Translations under genes and position numbers: made by a program
Shown: positions 20,049 through 29,573 of the stretch, one piece after another
How the letters are laid out: every line of letters begins with the position of its first letter
How positions within the stretch are numbered: the stretch's first letter is position 1
Assembly: GCA_963813485.1 (NCBI GenBank)
Contig: CAWEZE010000017.1
Coordinates: 65,919-129,918, forward strand
Source: an uncultured bacterium
Lineage (GTDB): Bacteria > Actinomycetota > Acidimicrobiia > Acidimicrobiales > VFJN01
Reading direction: 5' to 3'
DNA length: 64,000 bases
Notes under the pieces: generated by a model
What the model was told of the DNA's origin: nothing
What the model saw: the letters and a program-made list of their open reading frames with translations, nothing else
Database searches by the model: none

Positions 20049-20609
20049 TCACGCGTTCAGCACCGCTTCGATCTCGAGAAGGATGTCCACCTTGTCACCC
20101 ACGACCACGCCACCGGCTTCGAGGACGGCGTTGAAGTCGACCCCGAAGTCGCTGCGGTTGATCTGACCGATCGCAGTGAATCCGGTGCGCGTGCCGCCGT
20201 ACGGGTCCGGACCGAAGCCCCCGAGCTCGAGGCGAAGCGAGATCGGCTTCGTGATCGTCTTGAGGGTGAGCTCTCCGTCGACCACGTAGTCCTCGCCGTC
20301 CCGGCGCACACCGGTCGAGCGGAAGCTCATCGTCTTGTGCTTGTCGACCTCGAAGAAGTCGGCAGACCGGATGTGGTTGTCGCGGTCCGGATTGCCGGTG
20401 TCGATCGAGCTCAGGTCGATGGTGGCGGTGACGCTGGAGTCGAGCGGGGACTCGCCGGTCACGATGTCGCCGCTGAACGTGGTGAACCTGCCGCGCACCT
20501 TGCTCACCATCATGTGGCGGACCGAGAAACCAATCTCGGAATGGACCGGGTCGATCGTCCAGGTACCGGCGATGTAGTCGGGAATGGTTGGGTCGCTGGT
20601 GACGCTCAT
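20049..20609 (-). CDS. YceI family (polyisoprenoid-binding-like) protein
   Basis: 186 aa: …GTWTIDPVHSEIGFSVRHMMVSKVRGRFTTFSGDI…ATIDLSSIDTGNPDRDNHIRSADFFEVDKHKTMSFRST…LTLKTITKPISL. Textbook YceI motifs. Intact. Confidence 0.9.
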   Translation of the reverse strand: MSVTSDPTIPDYIAGTWTIDPVHSEIGFSVRHMMVSKVRGRFTTFSGDIVTGESPLDSSVTATIDLSSIDTGNPDRDNHIRSADFFEVDKHKTMSFRSTGVRRDGEDYVVDGELTLKTITKPISLRLELGGFGPDPYGGTRTGFTAIGQINRSDFGVDFNAVLEAGGVVVGDKVDILLEIEAVLNA

Positions 20610-20960
20610 GGCTGCTCCAGAGGAATGATTTGGAAGTCGGCGTTGATCTCAGGTGCCTGGCTCAGTCGGTTTTCGGCATCCCGGCGTCACCAGTGCCCAC
20701 AGATTCTCTCGGCGCTGGGACCGGCTCGCTAGCGTCAATTGGCGTAGGACATACGCCCCGGCGTCCATGCGCAGGTCACCGACCCCGCAGGCCGATGATC
20801 CCGTAGCTCACGGCCTGGCCCGTTCCGGCCGGGGCGTCGGACCGGCGACCCGATTGGTATCTGGCTCGATACCGTCAAGCCACGCGAGGAGGCGAGCCGT
20901 GACCAGCGCTCTCACACCGCTGCTCTCAAGTCAGATTCCTCATCGAGGAGTACCACGACT

Positions 20961-22196
20961 ATGACCGATGCCTTTGTTCTCGGCGGCGTGCGGACCCCGG
21001 TCGGGCGCTACGGCGGATCCCTATCGCATATCCGGACGGACGACCTCCTCGGCCAGACGATGGTCGCGGCATGCGAGCGAGTCGACGTTCCGCTGGACCG
21101 GATCGAGGACATAGCGGCGGGTTGTGTCAACGTGGCGCACGAGGGGATGGGCGACATCGCGCGCTGGGCTGCGCTGGCGGCCGGCTTCCCGGACTCGGTC
21201 CCCGCGGTGACCGTCAACCGGTTCTGCGCGTCGTCGCTGACGTGCGCGATCCAGATCGCGCACGCGATTCGCTCTGACGAGCTCGGCGTGGGCCTGGCGG
21301 GCGGGGTCGAGTCGATGTCACGATCGGGTTGGGCCCTGATGAAGGGCGACGCGCCGTTCATGCCGCGGGGACCGGTGCTGATGCTCGACACGATGTGGGC
21401 CGGCGCCGGGGGCCCCCCGAACGCGGCGCTGCTCGCCAGAAACGCCTACATCGACATGATGCGGACCGCGCAGAACGTCGCCGACCGCTACTCCTTGTCC
21501 CGTGAGGAGATCGACGCGTTCGCGCTGCGCTCCCACCAGCACGCGGCGGCCGCGCGCGATTCGGGACGGCTCGCGCTGGAGATCCATCCGATCGAGGTCG
21601 CGGCGAGCCGCAAGCAGCCCGGCCGCACGTTCGAGCATGACGAGGGCATCCGCGACGACACGACGGCGGAGAAGCTCGCCGCGCTCCCGGCGCAGCCGAA
21701 CACCACGCAGATGACGGCCGGCAACTCCTCGGCGCTGAACGACGGCGCGAGCGCGGTCGTGCTCGCGAGCGCGGTGGCGGCGCAGGAGCTCGGCGTGGCC
21801 CCGCTCGCGCGCGTGGTCGCGTCGGCGACGCACGCGCTCGACCCACAGATCATGGGGATCGCGCCGGCATTCGCGATCCCGAAGGCGCTCGACCGAGCCG
21901 GCCTGACCCCGGATCAAATCGATGTCTGGGAGATCCACGAGGCGTACGCCTCGGTCGCGGTCGCGATCCTGCGCGAGCTGCCCAAGCAACTCGACGGGTT
22001 CGAGGTCCCCGACGAGCGCCTGAACCCGAACGGGGGCGCGGTCGCGATCGGCCACCCGTTTGGGTCATCGGGTACCCGCTACGTGCTCACCCTCGCGACC
22101 GAGCTGCGCGAGCGCGGAGCACGCTACGGGGTGGTCGGCGTGTGCGTCGGCTCGGGCCAGGGCGTCGCGTTGATCCTCGAGAACCCATCGGCATGA
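20961..22196 (+). CDS. Acetyl-CoA C-acyltransferase (thiolase)
   Basis: 411 aa, intact. Contains …VTVNRFCASSLTCAIQIA… (active-site Cys region), …NPNGGAVAIGHPFGSSGTR… and …GVVGVCVGSGQGVALILE. Confidence 0.9.
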   Translation: MTDAFVLGGVRTPVGRYGGSLSHIRTDDLLGQTMVAACERVDVPLDRIEDIAAGCVNVAHEGMGDIARWAALAAGFPDSVPAVTVNRFCASSLTCAIQIAHAIRSDELGVGLAGGVESMSRSGWALMKGDAPFMPRGPVLMLDTMWAGAGGPPNAALLARNAYIDMMRTAQNVADRYSLSREEIDAFALRSHQHAAAARDSGRLALEIHPIEVAASRKQPGRTFEHDEGIRDDTTAEKLAALPAQPNTTQMTAGNSSALNDGASAVVLASAVAAQELGVAPLARVVASATHALDPQIMGIAPAFAIPKALDRAGLTPDQIDVWEIHEAYASVAVAILRELPKQLDGFEVPDERLNPNGGAVAIGHPFGSSGTRYVLTLATELRERGARYGVVGVCVGSGQGVALILENPSA

Positions 22197-22261
22197 CAGA
22201 AGCCGGGCGCTCTCGGCCCGTGGCCTCGAGCGCATCGGTGGAACGAGTGAGGAGGTAGGGC

Positions 22262-24044
22262 ATGGCTTCAGAGCCTGTCGAGGCGGGGCGAAGGACAGTC
22301 GCCCGCGCGGCGGCGACCGCGGCGGAGCGCTTTGGCGATCGTGTCGCGCTGCGGCATCGCGAGGGTGGCGAGTGGCGGGAGCGCACCTTTGCGGAGGTCG
22401 GCGAGCTCGTGGACGAGCTCGCGCTCGGGCTCGTCGCGCTCGGACTCGAGCCGGGGGACCGGGCGTGCATCCTGGCGAACACGCGTCCGGAGTGGACCTT
22501 CACGAGCGCGGCGATCTCCCGCGCCGGAGGAGTCGTGGTCCCCATCTATTCCACCGACTCGCCCGAGGAGTGCGAGTGGGTGGCTGGTAACTCGGAGGCT
22601 CGGATGATCGTCTGTGAGGACGCCTCCCAGGCGGACAAGATCGCTCGGGTCCGGGACCGCCTGGAGCGCCTGGAGCACGTGATCGTCATGGATCCTGACG
22701 GCACCGAGGGCGCGACCTCCCTGGAGGGGTTGCGCGAGCTGGGCCGCGGCGGCGCGGACCGTTCCGAGCTCGAGCGCCGCTGCCACGAGGTGTCCTCGGA
22801 CGACCCGTACACGGTCATCTACACGTCGGGCACGACCGGGCCTCCCAAGGGCGTGGTGCTCACGCACGGCAACTGCGCCTCGGTTGGCGTGATCGATCAG
22901 GAGATCGGGTTCGTCACCGAGGAGGACGTGAGCTACCTCTACCTGCCGCTGGCGCACGCCTTCGCCCTGACGGTGCAGCTGGCGACATTCGACGTAGGCG
23001 GCTCGATCGTCTACTTCGGCGGGCGACACGAAGCGGATCGTCGCAGAGCTGCAGGAGACGAAGCCCACTTTCCTGCCGTCGGTGCCACGAATCTTCGAGA
23101 AGATCTACGCGTTGGCGACCGCCGCCGCGGAGGACCAGAGGCGGCTGCGCCAGGCCGTCGAGCTCGGCGTGCGGGTCCGCGGGATGCAGCAGCGCGGCGA
23201 GGAGGTTCCGGACGCTCTGCGAGTCGCGTTCGAGGAGGCGGACGAGGCGCTCTACCGGAACGTCCGCGGGCTGTTCGGCGGCAACGTCAAGCAGGCCGTG
23301 TCGGGCGCCGCCCCGATCTCGGCCGAGATCCTGGAGTTCTTCTACGCCTGCGGTGTTCCGGTGCTCGAGGGCTGGGGGATGACGGAGACGACGGGCGTCG
23401 GTTGCGTGAACACCCTTGACCAGCTCCGCTTCGGCACCGTCGGCAAGCCCCTTCCGGGCGTCGAGGTCAAGCTCGCCGACGACGGCGAGATTCTGACCAG
23501 GGGGTCGAACGTCTTCCGCGAGTACTGGCGCAACCCGGAGGCGACACGCGAGACGTTCACCGCGGACGGATGGCTGCGGACCGGAGACCTGGGCTCGATC
23601 GACGAGGACGGATTCGTCTCGATCACCGGTCGGAAGAAAGACATCATCATCACCGCCGGCGGCAAGAACCTCACCCCGGCGAACCTCGAGAACGACCTCC
23701 GGCAGTCGCGCTGGATCTCGCACGCCGTCATGTACGGGGACCGTCGCCCCTATCCGGTCGCGCTGATCAGCCTCGACGCCGAGGAGATCCTGCCCTGGGC
23801 CCGGGAGCGCGCGCTGCCGGAAGACATGCCGTCGCTCATCGGCCGCGGCGAGGTCCGGGAACTGATCCAAGGCGAGCTCGACGGGGCCAACGCGAAGTAC
23901 GCGCAGGTAGAGCAGATCAAGAAGTTCGAGCTCCTCGACCACGACCTCTCGCAGGAAACCGGCGAGCTGACGCCAACGGGAAAGATGAAGCGCAACGTCG
24001 TCAACGAGCGCTATGCGCACCTGCTCGAGCAGATGTACGGCTGA
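22262..24044 (+). pseudogene. Long-chain acyl-CoA ligase (AMP-dependent synthetase), 1 frameshift
   Basis: ORF 22262..23419 carries the AMP-binding motif (VIYTSGTTGPPKGVVLTHGN) and reads well up to …GGSIVYFGG. ORF 23082..24044 continues with PRIFEKIYA…GWGMTETTG…WLRTGDLGSIDEDGFVSITGRKKDIIITAGGKNLTP. Removing one nucleotide in GGCGGGCGAC (about 23021-23025) restores …FGGDTKRIVAELQETKPTFLPSVPRIFEKI…. Confidence 0.85.
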
Positions 24045-24125
24045 GGACCGACGGCCGCGCCAACGCGAGCTCGGTCGACGGCAAGCCCGCCGCTCCGCGG
24101 ACGCTCGCCCCGAAGGAGAACGAGC

Positions 24126-25544
24126 GTGAGCGTACGAACGATCGATCCGGCGACAGGCGAGCACATTGCGACGCACGAGGAGACGAGCGCGGCCGAGCTC
24201 GCGGGGATGCTCGATCGCGCCCGCGAGAGTGCCGTTCGGTGGGCGGCGGTTGCACCGGAGCGGCGCGCCGAGTCGCTGCGCGATCTGGCGGTCGCGCTGC
24301 GGTCGGACGCGGGCGAGCTCGCGGCCCTGGCGACACGTGAGATGGGAAAGCCCCTGGCCGAGAGCCAGGCCGAGGCGGAGAAGTGCGCGGTGGCCTGTGA
24401 CTGGTTTGCCGATCACACGCCTGGCCTATTGCGCCCCGAGAAGGTGAGCACCGGCGCGATGCGCAGCCGGTTGGCGCACCAGCCTCTCGGCGTCATCCTC
24501 GCGATCATGCCGTGGAACTTCCCGTACTGGCAGGTGATTCGCGCCCTCGTACCCGCGCTCGCAGCCGGCAACGTGGTGGTTCTCAAGCACGCGCCGTCGA
24601 CGACCGGGTGCGCCCTGGAGTTGGCTCGTACGGCGCTGCGCGCGGGACTTCCCGAGGGCCTCTTCTCGGCGGTCGTGGTGAGCGCTGAGCGCACCGACGA
24701 GGTCGCGTCAGGACTGATCGCCGACCGTCGCGTCGCGGGCGTCACGTTCACGGGATCGACGCGCGCGGGGCGGGCCGTCGCGGCTCGCGCGGGCCAGGCC
24801 CTGAAGAAGTGCGTCCTGGAGCTCGGGGGGAGCGACCCGTTCGTAGTACTCGCCGACGCGGACCTGGAGAACGCGGCGGCCTGGGCAGCTCGTAGCCGCT
24901 TTCAGAACACCGGCCAGTCGTGCATCGCGGCGAAGCGGATCATCGTCGAGGAGCCGATCGCAGACGAGTTCAACGAGCATCTTCTGCGGCACGTCCGTGA
25001 GCTCCGGGTCGGGGATCCCTCTGAGCCCGGCGTGACGATCGGACCGCTCGCGCGCGCCGACCTGCGCGACGCGGTGGAGCGCCAGGTGCGCGAGTCGGCG
25101 CGCCAGGGTGCCCGCGTGGTGATCGGCGGGCAGGCGCCCGACCGTCGCGGCTTCTTCTATCTGCCGACCGTGCTCGATCAGGTCGAGCCCGAGATGGCCG
25201 TGCTCCAGGAGGAGGTCTTCGGCCCGGCCGTGCCGATCATGCGGGCGCGGGACGCTGAGCACGCACTGGCGCTCGCGAACCAGACCGCCTATGGCTTGGG
25301 CAGCGCGGTCTGGACGTCAGATCTCGAGCGCGGCGAGGAGTTTGCGACCCGATTGCAGGCCGGTCACACGGCGGTCAACGGGATGACGATCTCAGATCCG
25401 CGCTTGCCGTTCGGCGGTGTCAAGGACTCGGGCTACGGCCGAGAGCTGTTCCGCCACGGCGCGCTCGAGTTCGTGAACGTACACGCCATCGTGATCAACG
25501 CATCGCACGGCCCCGATGACGACCGAACCACTGCCAGCGAATGA
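24126..25544 (+). CDS. NAD(P)-dependent aldehyde dehydrogenase, succinate-semialdehyde-dehydrogenase-like
   Basis: 472 aa, intact. Contains …MPWNFPYWQV…VVLKHAPSTTGCA…FTGSTRAGRAVA…LELGGSDPFVV…QSCIAAKR…EEVFGPAVPIM…, including the catalytic Cys and the ELGG motif. The substrate call is based on overall resemblance only. Confidence 0.8.
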   Translation: MSVRTIDPATGEHIATHEETSAAELAGMLDRARESAVRWAAVAPERRAESLRDLAVALRSDAGELAALATREMGKPLAESQAEAEKCAVACDWFADHTPGLLRPEKVSTGAMRSRLAHQPLGVILAIMPWNFPYWQVIRALVPALAAGNVVVLKHAPSTTGCALELARTALRAGLPEGLFSAVVVSAERTDEVASGLIADRRVAGVTFTGSTRAGRAVAARAGQALKKCVLELGGSDPFVVLADADLENAAAWAARSRFQNTGQSCIAAKRIIVEEPIADEFNEHLLRHVRELRVGDPSEPGVTIGPLARADLRDAVERQVRESARQGARVVIGGQAPDRRGFFYLPTVLDQVEPEMAVLQEEVFGPAVPIMRARDAEHALALANQTAYGLGSAVWTSDLERGEEFATRLQAGHTAVNGMTISDPRLPFGGVKDSGYGRELFRHGALEFVNVHAIVINASHGPDDDRTTASE

Positions 25545-25873
25545 AGGGCGGGAGATGTGATGTCGAGCGGAGAATCGGAGGGCGGCGGTTGGGCTCTTGG
25601 CGGTCCTCGTGCTGGGCGTCATCGTTGTTGTCGGCATTGAATCGCCGCGTGTTCGGCTCTGGCAACGCCGCCAGGAACCTCGACTCGCTCAGGATCGCCG
25701 GGCCATGCTCCCCGTGGCGGGGGTGTTCCCACGATGTCCTGGAGCTGTGCCCATTTCGTGGACGAAGCCGGATTCGTCGCAGCGGTTCTTCGCCGCAGGC
25801 TGACGGCACGCTCGTGGAGGCTTGCCGGGCTGTGACAGGGTAGGGATCCTGCGGCCGAGCGAGAGGATCAGGT

Positions 25874-26278
25874 GTGTCGACATCGAGCGCGAAGTTTCAC
25901 GAATCCGCCGACGACCTGCGACCGGAGACACGTGACCGGCACCGGGGGATCGTGTCGCTCATGGAGGAGCTCGAGGCGGTCGACTGGTACGACCAACGGA
26001 TCGATGCCGCCGGTGACGACGATCTGCGGGGGGTGCTGCGCCACAACCGCGACGAGGAGAAGGAGCATGCCTCGATGGTCCTCGAGTGGCTGAGGCGCCA
26101 CGACGAGACGTGGGACGGGTTCCTGCGCCGTTACCTGTTCACCGAGCGGCCGATCGCGGAGCTGGCCGCGGAGGCCGAGGTCGAGGCCGCTACGCGCACG
26201 GCCCCGTCGACCGACCTCGTGAACACGGGCGACGGGTCGCTCGGCCTGCGGGGCCTGGCCGACAAGGAGATGCTGTGA
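25874..26278 (+). CDS. Encapsulated ferritin-like protein (EncFtn), encapsulin cargo
   Basis: 134 aa. The EncFtn core is …HESADDLRPETRDRHRGIVSLMEELEAVDWYDQRIDAAGDDDLRGVLRHNRDEEKEHASMVLEWLRRHD. A Gly/Ser linker and a C-terminal DGSLGLRGLADKEML follow, resembling the cargo-loading peptide. The stop overlaps the shell-gene ATG (TGATG). Confidence 0.88.
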   Translation: MSTSSAKFHESADDLRPETRDRHRGIVSLMEELEAVDWYDQRIDAAGDDDLRGVLRHNRDEEKEHASMVLEWLRRHDETWDGFLRRYLFTERPIAELAAEAEVEAATRTAPSTDLVNTGDGSLGLRGLADKEML

Positions 26279-27087
26279 TGGACCATCTCCGTCGAGAGCT
26301 GGCCCCGATCAGCGACAAGGCCTGGGGCCTCATCGAGGCGGAGGCGTCGCGGACGCTGCGCCATTTCCTGACTGCCCGCGCCCTGGTCGACTTCAGCGGC
26401 CCCCACGGCTGGGAGCATGCGGCCGCCAACCTCGGGCGTGTCCGCACGATCGAGCCCGGGACCGCCGGCGAGCCCACCGCCCACGTTCGGGCGGCCCAGC
26501 CGCTTGTCGAGCTGCGGGCCCCCATCGAGATCCCACGGGACGTGATCGAGGCCGCCGACCGCGGTGCCCCCGATCCCGACCTGGCCGCCGTCGTCGAGGC
26601 GGCCCGTCGCTTGGCCGATGCCGAGGACCGGGCTGTGTTCCACGGCTGGGAGGCCGCCGGCGTCGCTGGCATCACCCCCAGCTCGCCGCACGACCCGCTG
26701 ACCATCGGCGACAACTATGACGACTATCCGGGGATCGTTGCCCGGGCCGTCGCCCGCCTCCGGGCCGCGGGTGTGGGCGGTCCCTACGGCATCGCGCTCG
26801 GCCCCCGCTGTTACACCGGGGTCATCGAGACGACCGAGCACGGCGGCTTTCCGGTGCTCGAGCACATCCAATTGATCCTGGGCGGGCCCATCGCCTGGGC
26901 GCCGGCGGTCGACGGCGCGGTCGTCCTCAGCATGCGCGGCGGCGATTACGAGCTTGTCTGCGGGCAGGACACGTCGATCGGCTACCGCGCCCACGACGAC
27001 GCCGTGGTCGAGCTCTACCTCGAGGAGAGCCTGACTTTCCTGGTCGCAGATGCCCGCGCCGCGGTCCACCTCGCCTACCCGGCGTGA
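26278..27087 (+). CDS. Family 1 encapsulin nanocompartment shell protein (linocin M18-like)
   Basis: From ATG 26278: MDHLRRELAPISDKAWGLIEAEASRTLRHFLTARALVDFSGPHGWEHAA…VELRAPIEIPRDVIEAADRGAPDPDL…GPYGIALGP…VVLSMRGGDYELVCGQDTSIGY…LYLEESLTFLV. This is collinear with the Thermotoga/Mycobacterium encapsulin pattern. The 5' extension in the ORF track (26086) is spurious. Confidence 0.92.
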   Translation: MDHLRRELAPISDKAWGLIEAEASRTLRHFLTARALVDFSGPHGWEHAAANLGRVRTIEPGTAGEPTAHVRAAQPLVELRAPIEIPRDVIEAADRGAPDPDLAAVVEAARRLADAEDRAVFHGWEAAGVAGITPSSPHDPLTIGDNYDDYPGIVARAVARLRAAGVGGPYGIALGPRCYTGVIETTEHGGFPVLEHIQLILGGPIAWAPAVDGAVVLSMRGGDYELVCGQDTSIGYRAHDDAVVELYLEESLTFLVADARAAVHLAYPA

Positions 27088-27184
27088 ACGGCTGCGGGGA
27101 CCTCAACGTGAACGCCTCCGCCAACGGGGCGAACCGACCCCCCGACCGCTGACGGCCTGAACGGAAGGGATTGGTGCGGCGGAG

Positions 27185-27340
27185 TCATGTCGCACGGAGG
27201 GTGGGCAGCAGTTCCGTTGCCGCCCAGTTGATGAACTGCTCCTGGGTGTCCCCGCCGGCCTCCTCGGCGAGGGCGACGTCTCGAACCAGCTGCTTGGGCC
27301 CCGCCTGCTCGCACATCATCGTGTAGCCGATCAGGGTCAT
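27185..27340 (-). pseudogene. LLM-class (F420-dependent-type) oxidoreductase remnant: in-frame fusion of the first ~30 and last ~20 codons
   Basis: The 51-aa ORF reads MTLIGYTMMCEQAGPKQLVRDVALAEEAG|GDTQEQFINWAATELLPTLRAT*. The N-terminal half matches the start of LLM/G6PDH-family luciferase-like proteins and the tail matches their C-terminal (…FI.…VLP.L) ending. The roughly 270 residues in between are absent. The ATG overlaps the upstream stop (ATGA). Confidence 0.55.
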
Positions 27341-28224
27341 GGCGCTTCTCCTTGCTGCTCGAGCGCCCGCGTCACGACGGTGAGGTCCTGGTCGCCGAGC
27401 CCCTGATCGATGACCTGCTGCCATTCGTCGGCCAGGCAGGCGAGGCCGGCGAACCGGTCGTCCGCCGCGGCCTGCAGAGCCAAGTGCACGTCCTTGAGCG
27501 CGAGCGACAGCGCGAACTGGGCCGAGAACTCGCCCTGCGCGATCCGTTGCAGCTTGGCTGCCTGCCACGGAGACACGAGGGGGCTGCCACCGAGGGCGTC
27601 CACCACCGTGTCGGTCTCGAGCCCCAATCGACGGGCGAGGGCGACCGAAGCGGCAACCGCTTGATTCGCGAACGCGAGCCAGGTGTTGTTGACGACCTTG
27701 AGCCGCGACCCCGCCCCGACCGGGCCGACCCAGACCGTGCGCTGGCCGAGGGCGTCGAAGAGCGGAGCGAGCCGCGAGCGGGCCTTGTCGGGCCCCGACG
27801 CAAAGATCGTCAGCTGGCCCTGCGCCGCGGGGTCCTTGCTTCCCGACACCGGTGCGTCGACGAACATCACGTCAGGGCGCTCGCCATCCACCAGGGCCGC
27901 GACACGCTCGATTCCCGCCACACCGATCGTGCTCATCTGCACCCAGATCGAACCCGGAACCAGGGCGGCGAGCATGCCCTGGTCGCGGGCGATCGACATG
28001 ACGGCATCGGTATCGGTCACCATCGTCACGACGATCCCGGCCCGCCGCGCCGCGTCAGCGGCGCTCTCGGCGACCTCCGCCCCGAGCCCGGCGAGGTCTC
28101 GTGTCGCCCCCCGCTCGCGGTTCCAGACCATCGTCGGAATGCCAGCGCGCAGAGCACTGGTCGCCATCCCGTGGCCCATCGCGCCGATACCGAGCACCGC
28201 AACCTGCTCCTGCGTCGGTGCCAT
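27337..28224 (-). CDS. NAD(P)-dependent 3-hydroxyisobutyrate-dehydrogenase-like oxidoreductase (beta-hydroxyacid dehydrogenase family)
   Basis: 295 aa, intact. Rossmann motif VAVLGIGAMGHGMA, plus …FVDAPVSGSKDPAAQGQLTIFASG…VGAGSRLKVVNN…. Confidence 0.85.
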   Translation of the reverse strand: MAPTQEQVAVLGIGAMGHGMATSALRAGIPTMVWNRERGATRDLAGLGAEVAESAADAARRAGIVVTMVTDTDAVMSIARDQGMLAALVPGSIWVQMSTIGVAGIERVAALVDGERPDVMFVDAPVSGSKDPAAQGQLTIFASGPDKARSRLAPLFDALGQRTVWVGPVGAGSRLKVVNNTWLAFANQAVAASVALARRLGLETDTVVDALGGSPLVSPWQAAKLQRIAQGEFSAQFALSLALKDVHLALQAAADDRFAGLACLADEWQQVIDQGLGDQDLTVVTRALEQQGEAP

Positions 28225-28478
28225 CGGCCTCCCCTCCCTTGCCGGGTGTCTGCCCGGACGCTGGGGTTCGCTACCCAGGATCGCGCCGCTCGGCCCGCCC
28301 GGCTACCGGAGGCCTGGCGCGAAGCGCAGGCCGGCGGGGCGTGAAACGCGGCATCATCTGGTGTCATGTCGTCACCGCAGCCGTACATCAGCACGGACGA
28401 GCACTTGCCCCTTCCCGTCGGCATGCGTCGGCCCATCTGTTGCAGTGCCGTCTCGACACCAGCGCCGTGGGGTCCGTG

Positions 28479-29474
28479 ATGACCGAGCGTGACGCGTCCG
28501 TCAGGAAGGCGCTGTCGTCGCAGGACGACCTGATCGCCCGTCGCGAACACTGCTCGGTCGACGGCCGATTGCTCGCCTCCCTGGGGGCGGAGGTCGGGCA
28601 GCAGATCCGCATTCGCCGCACGGCGACCGAGTACGCCCTGTACACCGTCAGCGAGCGTCGGGACGAAGACGACGCCGACGTCGTCCGCATCGGTCTCACG
28701 GGCCGCCGGCGCCTGGGTACGGACGACCCGTTCGACGGCGCCGTCGTGCTGCCGGCGGCCGATCCAACCTTGCCGGACGCCGACGCCGAAGCCCGCGGTG
28801 AGCTCGTGGAGCGGCTCGACCACGGCGACCACCGAGGACTGATCGTCATCGCGCCCCATGGCGGCGACATCGAAAAGCACACCGACGAGCAGGCCGAATA
28901 CGTCGCGTCCCGCCTTGGCGACTACCGGGTCAGCGCCTGGCGGTGCAAGGGTTGGAAGGCCCGGCGCGCAGACGGCACCGGTGGGGCGTTCGAGTGCTGG
29001 CACGCAACGTCGACGGACATCAACCCGTCGAGCTTTCCCGGCCTCGCTTCGGTCATCGATCGTGGGTTCACCCACGCCGTGGCGTTCCACGGATTCGACG
29101 AGGCGGAGATTCTCATCGGCGGCACGGCACCGCCTGCGCTGAAGCAGGAGATCAAGTGCGCCATCGAGTCGGCCACCAGCGGTTCGGGTATTCCCGTGCG
29201 CATCGCCACACCCGACGACAAGTTCGGCGGCGACGACCCCTGCAACATCGTCAACCGTCTCACGGTCCGCGCCGCCGGCGGCATCCAGATCGAACAGAGC
29301 TCGCCCGCCCGACGCGACCACGGGACGGCCATCGCTGATGCCATCGCCGCCGTCTACGCGCGAAAGCTCCACCGGCCTCGGCCGCCATGGCGGGAGAGCA
29401 TCGACGACTTCATCGAGTGGGTCCGCGACGCCGCCCGACGCGCGCTCGACTGGGGTTCGCGGCGGCGGCGCTGA
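28479..29474 (+). CDS. Poly-gamma-glutamate-hydrolase-like (DUF867/UPF0714) protein with ~110-aa N-terminal extension
   Basis: From ATG 28479 the DUF867 core reads …GLIVIAPHGGDIEKHTDEQAEYVASRL…THAVAFHGFDEAEILIGG…GIQIEQS…. The N-terminal region (…CSVDGRLLASLGAEVGQQIRIRRTATEYALYTVSE…) is unassigned. The start is chosen as the first ATG after the divergent intergenic region. Confidence 0.7.
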   Translation: MTERDASVRKALSSQDDLIARREHCSVDGRLLASLGAEVGQQIRIRRTATEYALYTVSERRDEDDADVVRIGLTGRRRLGTDDPFDGAVVLPAADPTLPDADAEARGELVERLDHGDHRGLIVIAPHGGDIEKHTDEQAEYVASRLGDYRVSAWRCKGWKARRADGTGGAFECWHATSTDINPSSFPGLASVIDRGFTHAVAFHGFDEAEILIGGTAPPALKQEIKCAIESATSGSGIPVRIATPDDKFGGDDPCNIVNRLTVRAAGGIQIEQSSPARRDHGTAIADAIAAVYARKLHRPRPPWRESIDDFIEWVRDAARRALDWGSRRRR

Positions 29475-29573
29475 CCGGGGTTCAGGACATGGACGGCTGC
29501 TCCCTGCGGCCGCGGCCGACCAATTCCCGCCGAGCCAGCCGGGGCTTGTCATGGCCGTCGCTACCATCGCCGG

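Noticed and set aside
25545-25873. Small ORFs between the aldehyde dehydrogenase and EncFtn, for example a hydrophobic LLAVLVLGVIVVVGIE segment.
   Set aside because: They need an assumed frameshift to form even a 30-aa peptide. There is no RBS or family resemblance.
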